Origin: Octopus sinensis
Taxonomy: Eukaryota
Assembly (NCBI RefSeq): GCF_006345805.1
Contig: NC_043001.1
Location: 14,942,001-15,006,000 of the forward strand
DNA length: 64,000 bases
Direction: 5' to 3'
The position numbers were made by a program, and so were the translations under genes. The notes under the pieces are model-generated. The model was not told where the DNA came from. It made no database searches and saw only the letters and a program-made list of their open reading frames with translations. Below are positions 1 to 11,335 of the stretch, in pieces. Position 1 is the first letter of the stretch. Each line of letters opens with the position of its first letter.

Positions 1-29
1 ATATATATATATATATATATATATATCTA

Positions 30-73
<44 letters not shown>

Positions 74-204
74 ATATATTATATAATATATTATATATTA
101 TATATAGTATATATATTACACACACACCATATCCATACGTCACATAATACCATATGTGCATAAATATACACCCACATATGTCTGTGTGTGTGTTTGTATA
201 TATA

Positions 205-246
<42 letters not shown>

Positions 247-395
247 TATATTATATATCACAGGTGTACTTGTGAATAAGCATAAATAGAATTTACTCAC
301 ATATATATAATTCTATATACATATAAACACACATATATATATATATGTATATACATACATACATAGAAGCAAACCAACAAACGTATATATATACA
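1..395. repeat. (AT)n-rich microsatellite with (GT)/(AC) interruptions
   Basis: Directly visible dinucleotide runs. Confidence 0.95.
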
Positions 396-540
396 TGTAT
401 GTGTACATTTGCATTCAAAGAAAGGAAGGAAAAAAAAAGGCCAGTGACGTTGGTGTTAAACAGAACTAAATACTGTGTAATCTCCTTGTTTGAGAGTGCA
501 TGTTTAATTGTGCACCCTCTCTCTTCCCTTTCCTTATTTC

Positions 541-556
541 TCATCTCTCTCTCTCT

Positions 557-595
<39 letters not shown>

Positions 596-715
596 CTATC
601 CATCTCATACACCCATGCACTGTCTCTTTCTGTTTCTTCTCCCCCTTCTATTCTCTCTTTTTCTCCCTCAATTCCAATCTGTCTGTCTGTCTATCTATCT
701 CTATATATCTGTCTG

Positions 716-758
<43 letters not shown>

Positions 759-775
759 GTCTGTCTATCTCTCTT

Positions 776-830
<55 letters not shown>

Positions 831-847
831 GTCTGTCTATCTCTCTT

Positions 848-891
<44 letters not shown>

Positions 892-992
892 CTATCTATC
901 TGTCTGTCTATCTCTCTTTTTCCATCTATCTATCTATCTATCTATCTGTCTATCTATCTATCTATCTATCTATCTGTCTGTCTATCTCTCTT

Positions 993-1035
<43 letters not shown>

Positions 1036-1044
1036 GTCTATCTG

Positions 1045-1091
<47 letters not shown>

Positions 1092-1104
1092 GTCTGTCTA
1101 TCTC

Positions 1105-1179
<75 letters not shown>

Positions 1180-1196
1180 GTCTGTCTATCTCTCTT

Positions 1197-1259
<63 letters not shown>

Positions 1260-1315
1260 CTATCTATCTATCTCTATCTATCTCTCTTTATCTATCTATC
1301 TCTATCTATCTCTCT

Positions 1316-1351
<36 letters not shown>

Positions 1352-1382
1352 TTATCTTTATGTATCTATCTTTATCTATCTA

Positions 1383-1430
<48 letters not shown>

Positions 1431-1512
1431 TCTCTCTTTATCTTTCTATCTACCTATCTATTTATCTCTCTCTCTCTCTCTGTCTGTCTGTCTCGCTCTC
1501 TGTCTCTGTCTT

Positions 1513-1568
<56 letters not shown>

Positions 1569-1576
1569 CCTCTCTA
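541..1576. repeat. (TATC)n/(TGTC)n tetranucleotide array flanked by (CT)n
   Basis: ~1 kb of TCTA units; explains the S/I/Y/L ORFs at 345-1681. Confidence 0.97.
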
Positions 1577-2014
1577 GCAAGATATTGTTTCCTTTCGGTG
1601 GCAACTGGATTGCGTATTGTGATTCCAAATGACATAGACGGTTGGCAACAGAGTTCAGTAATGTCAAAGAACAGATTATAACTAGGTTTTCTCGATATTT
1701 CAACGCTCAACTGAGATATCCATCGACATTATTATTGTGCTTCTGTTAACAACAAATTAGCTTTTTATATTTACAAATGACAACGACACTTAGAACATGC
1801 ATAAAGTGGAGAATCCATGGAAACTGGTAGTGGATGGAGTGCTCAATAAGAATGCTCGATAGGGGAGCTTCATTGTTGTAAGCGATGTGACATACATACA
1901 TACCTACATACGTAAATACACACATAGACATAACTACAGATGCATACATCCCTGGACTTTGTTGCCTCATAACTTCCAGAAAAATGGATACTTTTGAACG
2001 AAACTTTCAACAAA

Positions 2015-2435
2015 GGCGCAGGAGTGGCTGTGTGGTAAGTAGCCTGTTTACCAACCACATGGTTCTGGGTTCAGTCCCACTGCAAGGCACCTTGGGCAAG
2101 TGTCTTCTACTATAGCCTTGGGCCGACCAAAGCCTTGTGAGTGGATTTGGTAGACGGAAACTGAAAGAAGCCTGTCGTATATATGTATATATATATATAA
2201 GTGTGTGTGTATATGTTTGTGTGTCTGTGTTTGTCCCCCTAGCATTGCTTGACAACCGATGCTGGTGTGTTTATGTCCCCGTTACTTAGCGGTTCGGCAA
2301 AAGAGACCGATAGAATAAGTACTGGGCTTACAAAGAATAAGTCCCGGGGTCGAGTTGCTCGACTAAAGGCGGTGCTCCAGCATGGCCGCAGTCAACTGAC
2401 TGAAACAAGTAAAAGAGTTAAAGAGTAAAAGAGAA
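2015..2435 (+). mobile_element. tRNA-headed CORE-type SINE (family A), full length
   Basis: A-box TGGCTGTGTGG, B-box GGTTCAGTCCC, CORE-like GCACCTTGGGCAAGTGTCTT, internal (AT)n(GT)n, (GTAAAAGA)n tail; >15 copies in the window. Confidence 0.9.
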
Positions 2436-2595
2436 TAAATAATTGCTTAGATCCTGCTTGTGAGTCAGTGACTCTTATCCTCACGAATCATCATCATTAT
2501 CGTCGTCATCGTCATCGTTGTTGTCATTTATAGCTGATGATACATCGAATGTGAGTGGCTCGTCTGACAACTCTTCCCTATTCAATTCCCTCTTC

Positions 2596-2985
2596 TCTTT
2601 ACTCTTTTACTTGTTTCAGTCATTTGACTGCGGCCATGCTGGAGCCCCGGGACTTATTCTTTGTAAGCCCAGTACTTATTTTATTGGTCTCTTTTGCCGA
2701 ACTGCTAAGTGACAGGGACGTAAACACACCAGCATCGGTTGTCAAGCAATGCTAGGGGGACAAACACAGACACACAAACACACTCACACACACACACACA
2801 TATATATATATATACATATATACGACGGGCTTCTTTCAGTTTCCGTCTACCAAATCCACTCACAAGGCATTGGTCGGCCCGGGGCTATAGCAGAAGACAC
2901 TTGCCCAAGATGCCACGCAGTGGGACTGAACCCGGAACCATGTGGTTGGTTAGCAAGCTACTTACCACACAGCCACTCCTGCGCC
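2596..2985 (-). mobile_element. SINE family A
   Basis: Reverse complement of the 2015-2435 element. Confidence 0.9.
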
Positions 2986-3167
2986 TTCTGTTGACTTTAT
3001 TGTTACATCTTCGCTCTTATTATCTCTGTCATACTCTCAATAGATTTCTTTTCTAGATCTTTCTCTCGGCATATTTGTAAGGGCATTTCCATTCTGTAGG
3101 GTTTTGCCCCTTATCACATCCCTAAAATATCTAAGTCTTTCTTTGTTCAGTTCTTTCATACAATTCT

Positions 3168-3583
3168 TATTTCTTTACTGCCCACAAGGGGCTAAACATA
3201 GAGGGGACAAACAAGGACAGACAAAATGGATTAAGTTGATTACATCGATCCCAGTGCATAACTGGTACTTAATTTGTCAATCCCGAAAGGATGAAAGGCT
3301 AAGTTGACCTCGGCAGAATTTGAACTCAGAATATAACGGCAGACAAAATACCTATTTCTTTTCTACCGACAAGAGGCTAAACACACAGAGGACAAACAAG
3401 GACAGACAAAGGGATTAAGTCGATTACATCGACCCCAGTGCGTAACTGGTACTTAATTTATCAACCCCGAAAGGATGAAAGGCTAAGTCGACCTCGGCGG
3501 AATTTGTACTCAGAACATAACTGCAGATGAAATACTGCTGAGCATTTCGCCCAGTATGCTAACGTTTCTGCCAGCTCGCCGCC
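3168..3583 (-). mobile_element. Nin/Deu-domain SINE (family B) with duplicated internal unit
   Basis: Reverse complement of GTCGACTTAGCCTTTCATCCTTTCGGGGTTGATAAATTAAGTACCAG plus tRNA-like head GGCGAGCTGGCAGAAACGTTAGC. Confidence 0.85.
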
Positions 3584-3678
3584 ATACAATTCTATTCACT
3601 TCCAGTCCTATCCAACAAAGTGGTTTCCCATTTTTCTTCATTTTTTTTGTCCAGTTAATTCTTTGCTTCCTTCTATAG

Positions 3679-4062
3679 CGGCAAACAGGGCTGAGTGGTT
3701 AAGAAACACGCTTTGCAACTACATTGTCTTGAGTTCAATTTCACCACATGGCATCTTGGGCAAAGTCTCTTCTACAATAGATCTGGGCCAATCAATGTGC
3801 CTTATGAGTGGATTTGGTAGACGGAAACTGTGTGGAAGCCTGTCGTGTGTGTGTATATGTGCATGTGTATATCTTTGCGTCTGTGTTTGTTTTCCCCACC
3901 TCACCACTTGACAGCTGGTTGTTTACGTTTCTGTAACTTAGTAGTTTGGCAAAAAGAGACCGATGAAATAAGTACCAGACATTAATAAAAGAAGGAAATA
4001 CTAAAACACTGCATGGTGGTCCTTCAGTATGGCCACAAATCCAGTAACTGAAACGAGCAGAA
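3679..4062 (+). mobile_element. Diverged SINE family A
   Basis: Degenerate head, CORE and tail motifs. Confidence 0.75.
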
Positions 4063-4381
4063 GATATGGCAGCAAACTTGGAAACTATCTTTATTCTATC
4101 AGCTTTTATAAGCGATTAACTTTCAGATCCATTCGTTGTTATTGGAAACGTGAGAATGTACAGCAACTTCAGTTTGGCTCACTTTACTTATTGATGGAGT
4201 TTTCCAAATGCCATTTAGCGGAATTTGCTTCTGCGATTCTTCATTTTTCTGTTTATTTCTTACCACGTTGATTTGTAATATTGCTTTGAGAATAGCCAGA
4301 ATCCTACCACACTGACTGTTTAATTATCAATCGTGATATGATTATCGTCAGTTTTATCTTAATTATTGACCAACCAGGAGT

Positions 4382-4546
4382 GGCGCAAGAGTGGCTGTGT
4401 GGTAAGTAGCTTGTTTACCAGCCACATGGTTCCAGGTTCAGTCCCACTGCGTGGCACCTTGGGCAGGTGTCTTCTACTATAGCCTCGGGCCGACCAAAGC
4501 CTTGTGAGTGGATTTGGTAGATGGAAACTGAAAGAAGCCCGTCGTA

Positions 4547-4579
<33 letters not shown>

Positions 4580-4995
4580 GTAGGCGCAGGAATGGCTGTA
4601 TGGTAAGTAGCTTGCTTACCAACCACATGGTTCCGGGTTCAGTCCCACTGCATGGCACCTTAGGCAAGTGTCTTCTACTATAGCCTCGGGCCAACCAAAG
4701 CCTTGTGAGTGGATTTGGTAGATGGAAACTGAAAGAAGCCCGTCGTATATATGTATATATATATATAAGCGTGTGTGTGTGTTTGTGTGTCTGTGTTTGC
4801 CCCCCTACCATTGCTTGACAACCGATGCTGGTGTGTTTATGTTCCTGTTACTTAGCGGTTCGGCAAAAGAGACCGATAGAATAAGTACTGGGCTTACAAA
4901 AGAATAAGTCCCGGGGTCGAGTTGCTTGATTAAAGGCGGTGCTCCAGCATGGCCGCAGTCAAATGACTGAAACAAGTAAAAGAGTAAAAGAGTAA
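4382..4995 (+). mobile_element. SINE family A with tandemly duplicated 5' half
   Basis: Head+CORE at 4382 and again at 4583, single 3' half. Confidence 0.88.
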
Positions 4996-5280
4996 CCATT
5001 TTATTTTATCTTTCATTTCTTTCATCAAAAACACTCGATTGTTCTAAGCTGCCATCAACAGGGACAGCATCCTCAGCATGTCTGAGATTAGTGACCATTC
5101 TTCCATCTGTATTTGTATCTTCAAAACCTACTGCTTTAATCATTACACTTTCTGCAAAGATATTAAACAGAGACGGAGAAAACATGCATCCTTGTTGTGC
5201 TCCATGCTCAATTTCAATTCACTCAGTGAGTTCCATATTAATTTTGATAGTTGTTGTTTACACAGAACTAAGTAATTTTA

Positions 5281-5526
5281 ATACAATTCTATATTTAAGA
5301 GATAAGGAATTATTTACATTGTTTACATTATTTACAATTGACGGATATTTGTCCTCATCTTGTTTGTTGTTAACACAATGTTTCAACTGACTCACCCTCC
5401 AGCCTTCATTAAGTGTCTTTGGGAAATTTTGAACCTGAGTTCTCATTCCTGAGGTATTTTTTTATGTTACTATTATCATTATTATTATTGTTGTTGTTGT
5501 TGTTATCATCATCATCATCATCATCA

Positions 5527-5601
<75 letters not shown>

Positions 5602-5719
5602 TCATAGCCTGGAATCAAACTCAGAATCTTGGCGTTAAGAGTGCAAGCTACTAACCCCAAGATTCTGAGTTCGATTCCAAGCAGTGACCTGAATAATAAT
5701 AATAATGATAATAATAATA

Positions 5720-5755
<36 letters not shown>

Positions 5756-5900
5756 TAACATCGAAAAATACCTTAGGAATGAGAACCCAGGTGTGAAATT
5801 TCCCCAAGATACCTGATATAGGCTGGAGGGTATATCAACCAAAACATTGTGTTAACAACAAACAAGATGAGGACAAATATCCGTCAAATGTAAATAATGT
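5281..5900. mobile_element. Fold-back tRNA-headed element with degenerate Penelope-type hammerhead motifs (copy 1)
   Basis: Inverted arms ~5323-5637 and ~5652-5900 with (ATT)n/(AAT)n; B-box AGTTCGATTCC; homologous to 58877-59299. Confidence 0.8.
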
Positions 5901-6394
5901 GATTTTTAAACAGGTTATAACATGTTTAGGAAATCCCAATGGTGTCACCATTGACATCACAATTTGTCATCAGAAACGGCTTGCATCAATTGCTAATCAA
6001 TAAATCAATAAATAGTTCTAAATTACGCTCTCAAGTTTTTTGCTTATTACTATTTTTAACCAGGCTATGCTACAAAGGGTAGGGCTATTAGATATAATGC
6101 CAACTGGACACAAACTGCTCTTGGTCAACCCCAGCTGGGTTGCCTGAGTAAGGTTGTCTGATGTTTCAAGACCCAAACATGCAATGACACCGTGATGCAT
6201 CACTGACAGTGTGTCCAGATGCATCACAGGATAATATACAGAAAAAACTTTCGGAAGAGTTAAGTATCCTTCATTCCTTTTGTAGTTAAAGTCCAACTTG
6301 TCACTCTTCGATTTCTGTTTCATATTTCACTTTAACTCTATCATTTCATCTAGTTTCAGCTCATGAGCTGTGGCCGTGCTGGGGCACTGCCATT

Positions 6395-6401
6395 AAAAAA
6401 A
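6395..6401 (-). terminator. Pol III oligo-T terminator (T7) downstream of the tRNA-Val
   Basis: A7 on + strand, 8 nt after the discriminator base. Confidence 0.6.
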
Positions 6402-6409
6402 GTCCCTGT

Positions 6410-6482
6410 AGGTTCCAGTGAGTTTCGAACTCACGACCTTCTGTGTGTTAAGCAGATGTGATAACCACTACGCCATGGAACC
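6410..6482 (-). tRNA. tRNA-Val(AAC) gene or pseudogene
   Basis: GGTTCCA TG GCG TAGTGGTTAT CAC A TCTGC TTAACAC ACAGA AGGTC GTGAG TTCGAAA CTCAC TGGAACC T; perfect acceptor and T stems, C.A mismatches in D and anticodon stems. Confidence 0.85.
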
Positions 6483-6532
6483 TTGACAGTAATAATCGAA
6501 AGTAAAATTTTTACAAACGTAATTTAATCAGT

Positions 6533-6722
6533 GCGCAGGAGTGGCTGTGTGGTAAGTAGCTTGCTTACCAACCACATGGTTCCGGGTTCAGTTCCACTGC
6601 GTGGCACCTTGGACAAGTGTCTTCTACTATAGCGTCAGGCTCACCAAAGCCTTGTGAGTGGATTTAGTAGACGAAAACTGAAAGAAGCCTGTCGTATATA
6701 TGTATATATATATATATGTGAG

Positions 6723-6753
<31 letters not shown>

Positions 6754-6970
6754 TGTGTGTGTATGTATGTGTGTTTGTCCCCCCAACATCGCTTGACAAC
6801 AGATGCTGGTGTGTTTATATCCCCTTAACTTAGCAGTTCAGCAAAAGAGACTGATAGAATAAGTACTGGGCTTACAAAGAATAAGTCCTGGGGTCGATTT
6901 GCTCGACTAAAGGCGGTGCTCCAGCATGGCTGCAGTCAAATGACTGAAACAAATAAAAGAGTAAAAGAGC
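6533..6970 (+). mobile_element. SINE family A
   Basis: Matches 2015-2435. Confidence 0.9.
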
Positions 6971-7019
6971 AAAGTGCAGGTTTGTCATTGTTTACACACA
7001 CACATATATTGTATTAAAT

Positions 7020-7248
7020 TTTGATATTGGTTTCAAATTTGGCACAAGGCCAGCAAATTTTTTGCTGGGTAGGGGTTAAGTTGATTACATCGACTCCTAG
7101 TGCTCAACTTGGTACTTATTTTATCGATCCTGAAAGGATGAAAGGTAAAGTCGACCGCGGCAGAATTTGAACTCAGAATGTAATGTTGAACAAAATGCCA
7201 CTAAACACTTTGTCCGGCATGCTAGCAGGTCTGCTATTTCACTGCCTT
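7020..7248 (-). mobile_element. SINE family B (Nin-type)
   Basis: GAAAGGATGAAAGGTAAAGTCGACC and GAATTTGAACTCAG motifs. Confidence 0.8.
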
Positions 7249-8175
7249 AAACATTAATTTTTGATTTTAGAATTTTGTTAATGAAATGAAAATTCATTCA
7301 GTCAAAAAAATTGACCATTTGAATTCCATCATATTTTTGCACTCAAGCAGTGGTAACAATTTCACAGACACTTCACCATTTTTTCAAAATTCTCTCGCAA
7401 TGTCATCTTTTCCAAGAGTTTTGTTGTTTTTCGTATTTTTCAGGCATTTTTGTTTTCACTTGATACAACAGTGATGGAGGTGTTCTTTCTTTTCTAACAC
7501 AATTTATCCTTTCATCATTTCAGATTACATTCTGTTTGATAAATATCTGTTGCTTTCTTCCGTAAGCCATAACACTATTCTTTCTCCATTTCCAAATATT
7601 TTTTCCTTCATAAATCATATTACCATCTTTGTCTGTCATAACATTTCTTGGTGCAAATTTTCTTGTTTATTAGCTCCACCGTTTTTTTTTTTTTTTTAAT
7701 CTTTAGTATTGCTCTTGGCAGAAATTTCTTTCTCAATCTCATCACAAATTTCATTTCTATTTTCCTAATTTTTTTTCATCATGATTTGAATTTCATGGCT
7801 CAGCTGTTGATCTACTTTTTGTCCTAACACTGGTTTGGACAGATCATCCTTCAGTTTTTACCTCTTCTCTTGTCTGTTGTTCACTTCAATCATCTTTATT
7901 TTTCTTTGGTAAGATATTTTTTCTTCTGCCTCCAAATCTCCATTTCTCAGCTTTATTCCACAATTCTTCTGGATACCATTCCCCCTCACATTGCCAAAGT
8001 TTGTGCAATCATGTTTATTTTTTTCTCTCTATTTCGATATTATATTAATTTGGAATGTTTGCAAGCTCATACTTTATTGATATGTTCATCTTTAAAATAC
8101 AACATGTCTTGAACAGCACAAACAATGCAGAGTGGACAATAATAACTGTTATAATTTAATTATCCATAGTCTGAT

Positions 8176-8226
8176 ATAATAATAATATTTCGGAATGCAA
8201 ACATTCCTTCTTCAGATAATAATAAT
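8176..8226 (-). ncRNA. Minimal hammerhead-ribozyme-like motif
   Basis: CTGAAGA-A-GGAATG-TTTG-CATTCC-GAAA-TAT; perfect 6-bp stem II, weak stem I. Confidence 0.45.
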
Positions 8227-8369
8227 AGAAAAATCTGGCATAAATCTGTATCATGGATGGGGCAGTTAGCTAGTATGCATTTCTGCTGTCCCTTACTTTA
8301 CTATTATTATTATTATCTGTTATTATTATTATTATTATTATAATCGGTTTTCCATTGGTTACTCTACTC

Positions 8370-8790
8370 TCTTTTTACTCTTTTACTTGTTTCATTATTT
8401 GACTGTGGCCACGATGGAGCACCGCCTTTAATCGAGCAAATCGACCCCAGGACTTATTCTTTGTAAGCCTAGTACTTATTCTATCGGTCTCTTTTGCTGA
8501 ACTGCTAAGTTACGGGGATGTAAATACACCAGCATCGGTTGTCAAGTGATGTTGGGGGGACAAACACAGACACACAAACATATACACACACACATACATA
8601 CATACATATATATATACACACATATATACGATGGGCTTCTTTCAGTTTCTGTCTACCAAATCCACTCACAAGGCTTTGGTCGGCCCGAGGCTATAGTAAA
8701 AGACACTTGCCCAAGGTGCCACGCAGTGGGAATGAACTTAGAACCATGTGGTTGGTAAGTAAGCTACTTACCACACAGCCACTCCTGTGG
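8370..8790 (-). mobile_element. SINE family A
   Basis: Reverse complement match to family A. Confidence 0.9.
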
Positions 8791-9458
8791 CTATTTGGTC
8801 ACAAATCTTGCAAATTAAAATAAACAAACTTTGAATTTCTAATACATTGTTTAATCAGCATCACAGATTATGGTTTATCTTGGTTTGTTTCCCAGAATTC
8901 CACAGAATGGTCTCCTGGCTTCTTCATAATGCTTAACCTGAAACTTTCCCCTCCCCTACCAGTTTTCTCATTAGTTTCCTCACCTCATCATTTGCGTCTC
9001 CAATGAGATTGAGAACATCTTTTTTGAAATGATTGATCGATTTCTTAGAGTGCATCATAGAATCTACCTACCTCATCTTCATTCATATCAATTTATTGGA
9101 GCATAAAATTCTATATTTGGCTGTAACAGTGGATTGTTTTCCTCTGCATCCGGTTTTTATAACTCAATCATAAACTGATTTACATCAAAACAAGGACTTG
9201 GTGACAGTTCTGTTTGAGAAAGCTCCAACACCGTGGCTATAATTAATATTGCTTCCTGAGAAAATTACCATTTTATTATGGTTGTTAAACAGCCATTTCC
9301 TGTCTGTTTTGTTTCTGAAAACCCAAGAGAAGATATCCACGTCCGTCCTTCCATTACATATTAACCAAAGTTTAACAATTAGACATAAACCCCATTTATT
9401 TCATGTGGCAACTTTCATCTATCTAAAGTACTGAAATTTTGATCAACAGAATCAAGAT

Positions 9459-9852
9459 GTGGAGGCGCAATGGCCCAATGGTTAGGGCAGTGGACTTGCG
9501 GTTGGAGGATCGCAGTTTCAATTCCCAGATCGGGCGTTGTGCGTGTTTATTGAGCGAAAACACCTAAAGCTCCACGAGGCTCCAACAGGGGGTGGTGGCA
9601 ACCCCTGTTGTACTCTTTCGCCCCAACTTTCTCTCACTCTTTCTTCCTGTTTCTTGTCCCCGACTTCCTATGCAACTGCTGAGCCTGGATGCGCATTCAT
9701 CCATCCGTCGATGTTGGGGGGTTGACCTGCTTTCTCTTCTGCGGGTCTTACAAATAGCAAAGGACCACGTTTCGGACCTCTCCCACTAGACAATCCTGAG
9801 GTGCGATCTTGCAAGCTCTGAGACGAAGACCGCCTCGCTCAACAAACAAACA
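9459..9852 (+). mobile_element. tRNA-headed SINE family C, tail type 1 ending (AAAC)n
   Basis: GGAGGCGCAATGGCCCAATGGTTAGGGCAG head; homologous copy at 19182-19565. Confidence 0.85.
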
Positions 9853-9924
9853 GCATCAGCAGCAAGAGTTATGTTAGTGGAAACTTGTCGAAGCCTCTTA
9901 CTGCTCACTTGTCGTGTTACTATC

Positions 9925-10129
9925 TTTTATCTTTTACTTGTTTCAGTTATTAGACTGTGGCCATGCTGGGGGCACTGCCTTGAAGAATTTCTAGTTGAAT
10001 GCATCAACTCCGGTGCTTACTTTTTAAGTCTGGTACTTACTCTATCAGTCTCTTTTGTTGAGCTGCTAAGTTATGTGAATGTAAATGTACCAACGCCGGT
10101 TGTCAAGCAGTGGTAGAAGACAACATACA

Positions 10130-10195
<66 letters not shown>
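9925..10195 (-). mobile_element. 3' half of SINE family A
   Basis: Tail and (AC)n(AT)n segment. Confidence 0.75.
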
Positions 10196-10199
<4 letters not shown>

Positions 10200-11050
10200 C
10201 ACGTAAAAGCACCGTCCGTTCGTGGCCGTTTGCCAGCTCTGTCTGGCCCCGTGTCGGTGGCACGTAAAAGCACCATCCGTTCGTGTCCGTTGCCAGCCTT
10301 GGCTGGCCCCCGTGCCGGTGACACGTAAAAGCACCGTCCGTTTGTGGCCGTTTGCCAGCTCTGTCTGGCCCCGTGTCGGTGGCACGTAAAAGCACCATCC
10401 GTTCGTGTTCGTTGCCAGCCTTGGCTGGCCCCCGTGCCGGTGACATGTAAAAGCACCGTCCGTTCGTGGCCGTTTGCCAGCTCTGTCTGGCCCCGTGTCG
10501 GTGGCACGTAAAAGCACCATCCGTTCATGTCCGTTGCCAGCCTTGGCTGGCCCCCGTGCCGGTGACACGTAAAAGCACCGTCCGTTTGTGGCCGTTTGCC
10601 AGCTCTGTCTGGCCCCGTGTCGGTGGCAAGTAAAAGCACCATCCGTTCGTGTTCGTTGCCAGCCTTGGCTGGCCCCCGTGCCGGTGATATGTAAAAGCAC
10701 CGTCCGTTCATGGCCGTTTGCCAGCTCTGTCTGGCCCCGTGTCGGTGGCACGTAAAAGCACCATCCGTTCGTGTCCGTTGCCAGCATCGCCTGGCCCCGT
10801 GCCGGTGACACGTAAAAGCACCATCTGTTCATGGCCGTTCACCAGCTCTGTCTGGCATCTGTGCAGGTGGCACGTAAAAAACACCCACTACACTCGCGGA
10901 GTGGTTGGCGTTAGGAAGGGCATCCAGCCGTAGAAACACTGCCAGATCTGACTGGGCCTGACGAAGCCTTCCAGCTTCACAGACCCCAGTTGACCCGTCC
11001 AACCCATGCTAGCATGGAAAGCGGACGCTAAATGATGATGATGATGATGA
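10196..11050 (+). mobile_element. Meta-domain SINE (family D) with expanded internal 61-bp tandem array
   Basis: GGTTGGCGTTAGGAAGGGCATCCAGCCGTAGAAA, tail GGACGCTAAAT(GAT)n; ~11 x 61-bp units upstream. Confidence 0.8.
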
Positions 11051-11335
11051 TAATAATTATTTGAGGGAATATTATTCCTAACTTACAGGGAAAAATTCAA
11101 TTTAGAAATAGTAAATCAAATTTCACAAGATATAATATATATATATAAAATTTAGAAAAAATCACCTTTTATCAATTCAAAATGAACAATTAAATTACAC
11201 CATCTAGAAAATTACATATAATAGAAATATTGAAATTAAAATAACAATAATATACCGATGATTAAGTAAATTGCAAAATAATAATAAAAACGTATATATA
11301 TATATATATGGTATATATATATATGTATACATATA

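Larger units (their letters stand above)
2990..9440 (-). pseudogene. Fossil RTE-like non-LTR retrotransposon ORF (APE endonuclease + reverse transcriptase), split by many later insertions
   Basis: Minus-strand manual translation: GFSETKQTGNG and HGVG (~9220-9325), IGDAN (~8990-9005), FID and LGFPKHVITCLK (~5905-6006), GAQQGCMFSPSLFNIFAE..TNLRHAED (~5065-5205), RIAEANSA..GIWK..NGSES (~4120-4240), RLRYF (~3125); stops and frameshifts throughout. Confidence 0.8.

Noticed and set aside
345-1681. Three overlapping 370-410 aa ORFs
   Set aside because: Translations of (TATC)n/(CT)n, which lack stops on this strand
2015-2085. SINE heads as tRNA genes
   Set aside because: A/B boxes present but no closed cloverleaf, and they continue into SINE bodies
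10200-10885. CRISPR-like regularly spaced repeats and 200-250 aa ORFs
   Set aside because: Intervening sequences are repeated A/B units rather than unique spacers, there are no cas genes, and the array lies inside a eukaryotic SINE
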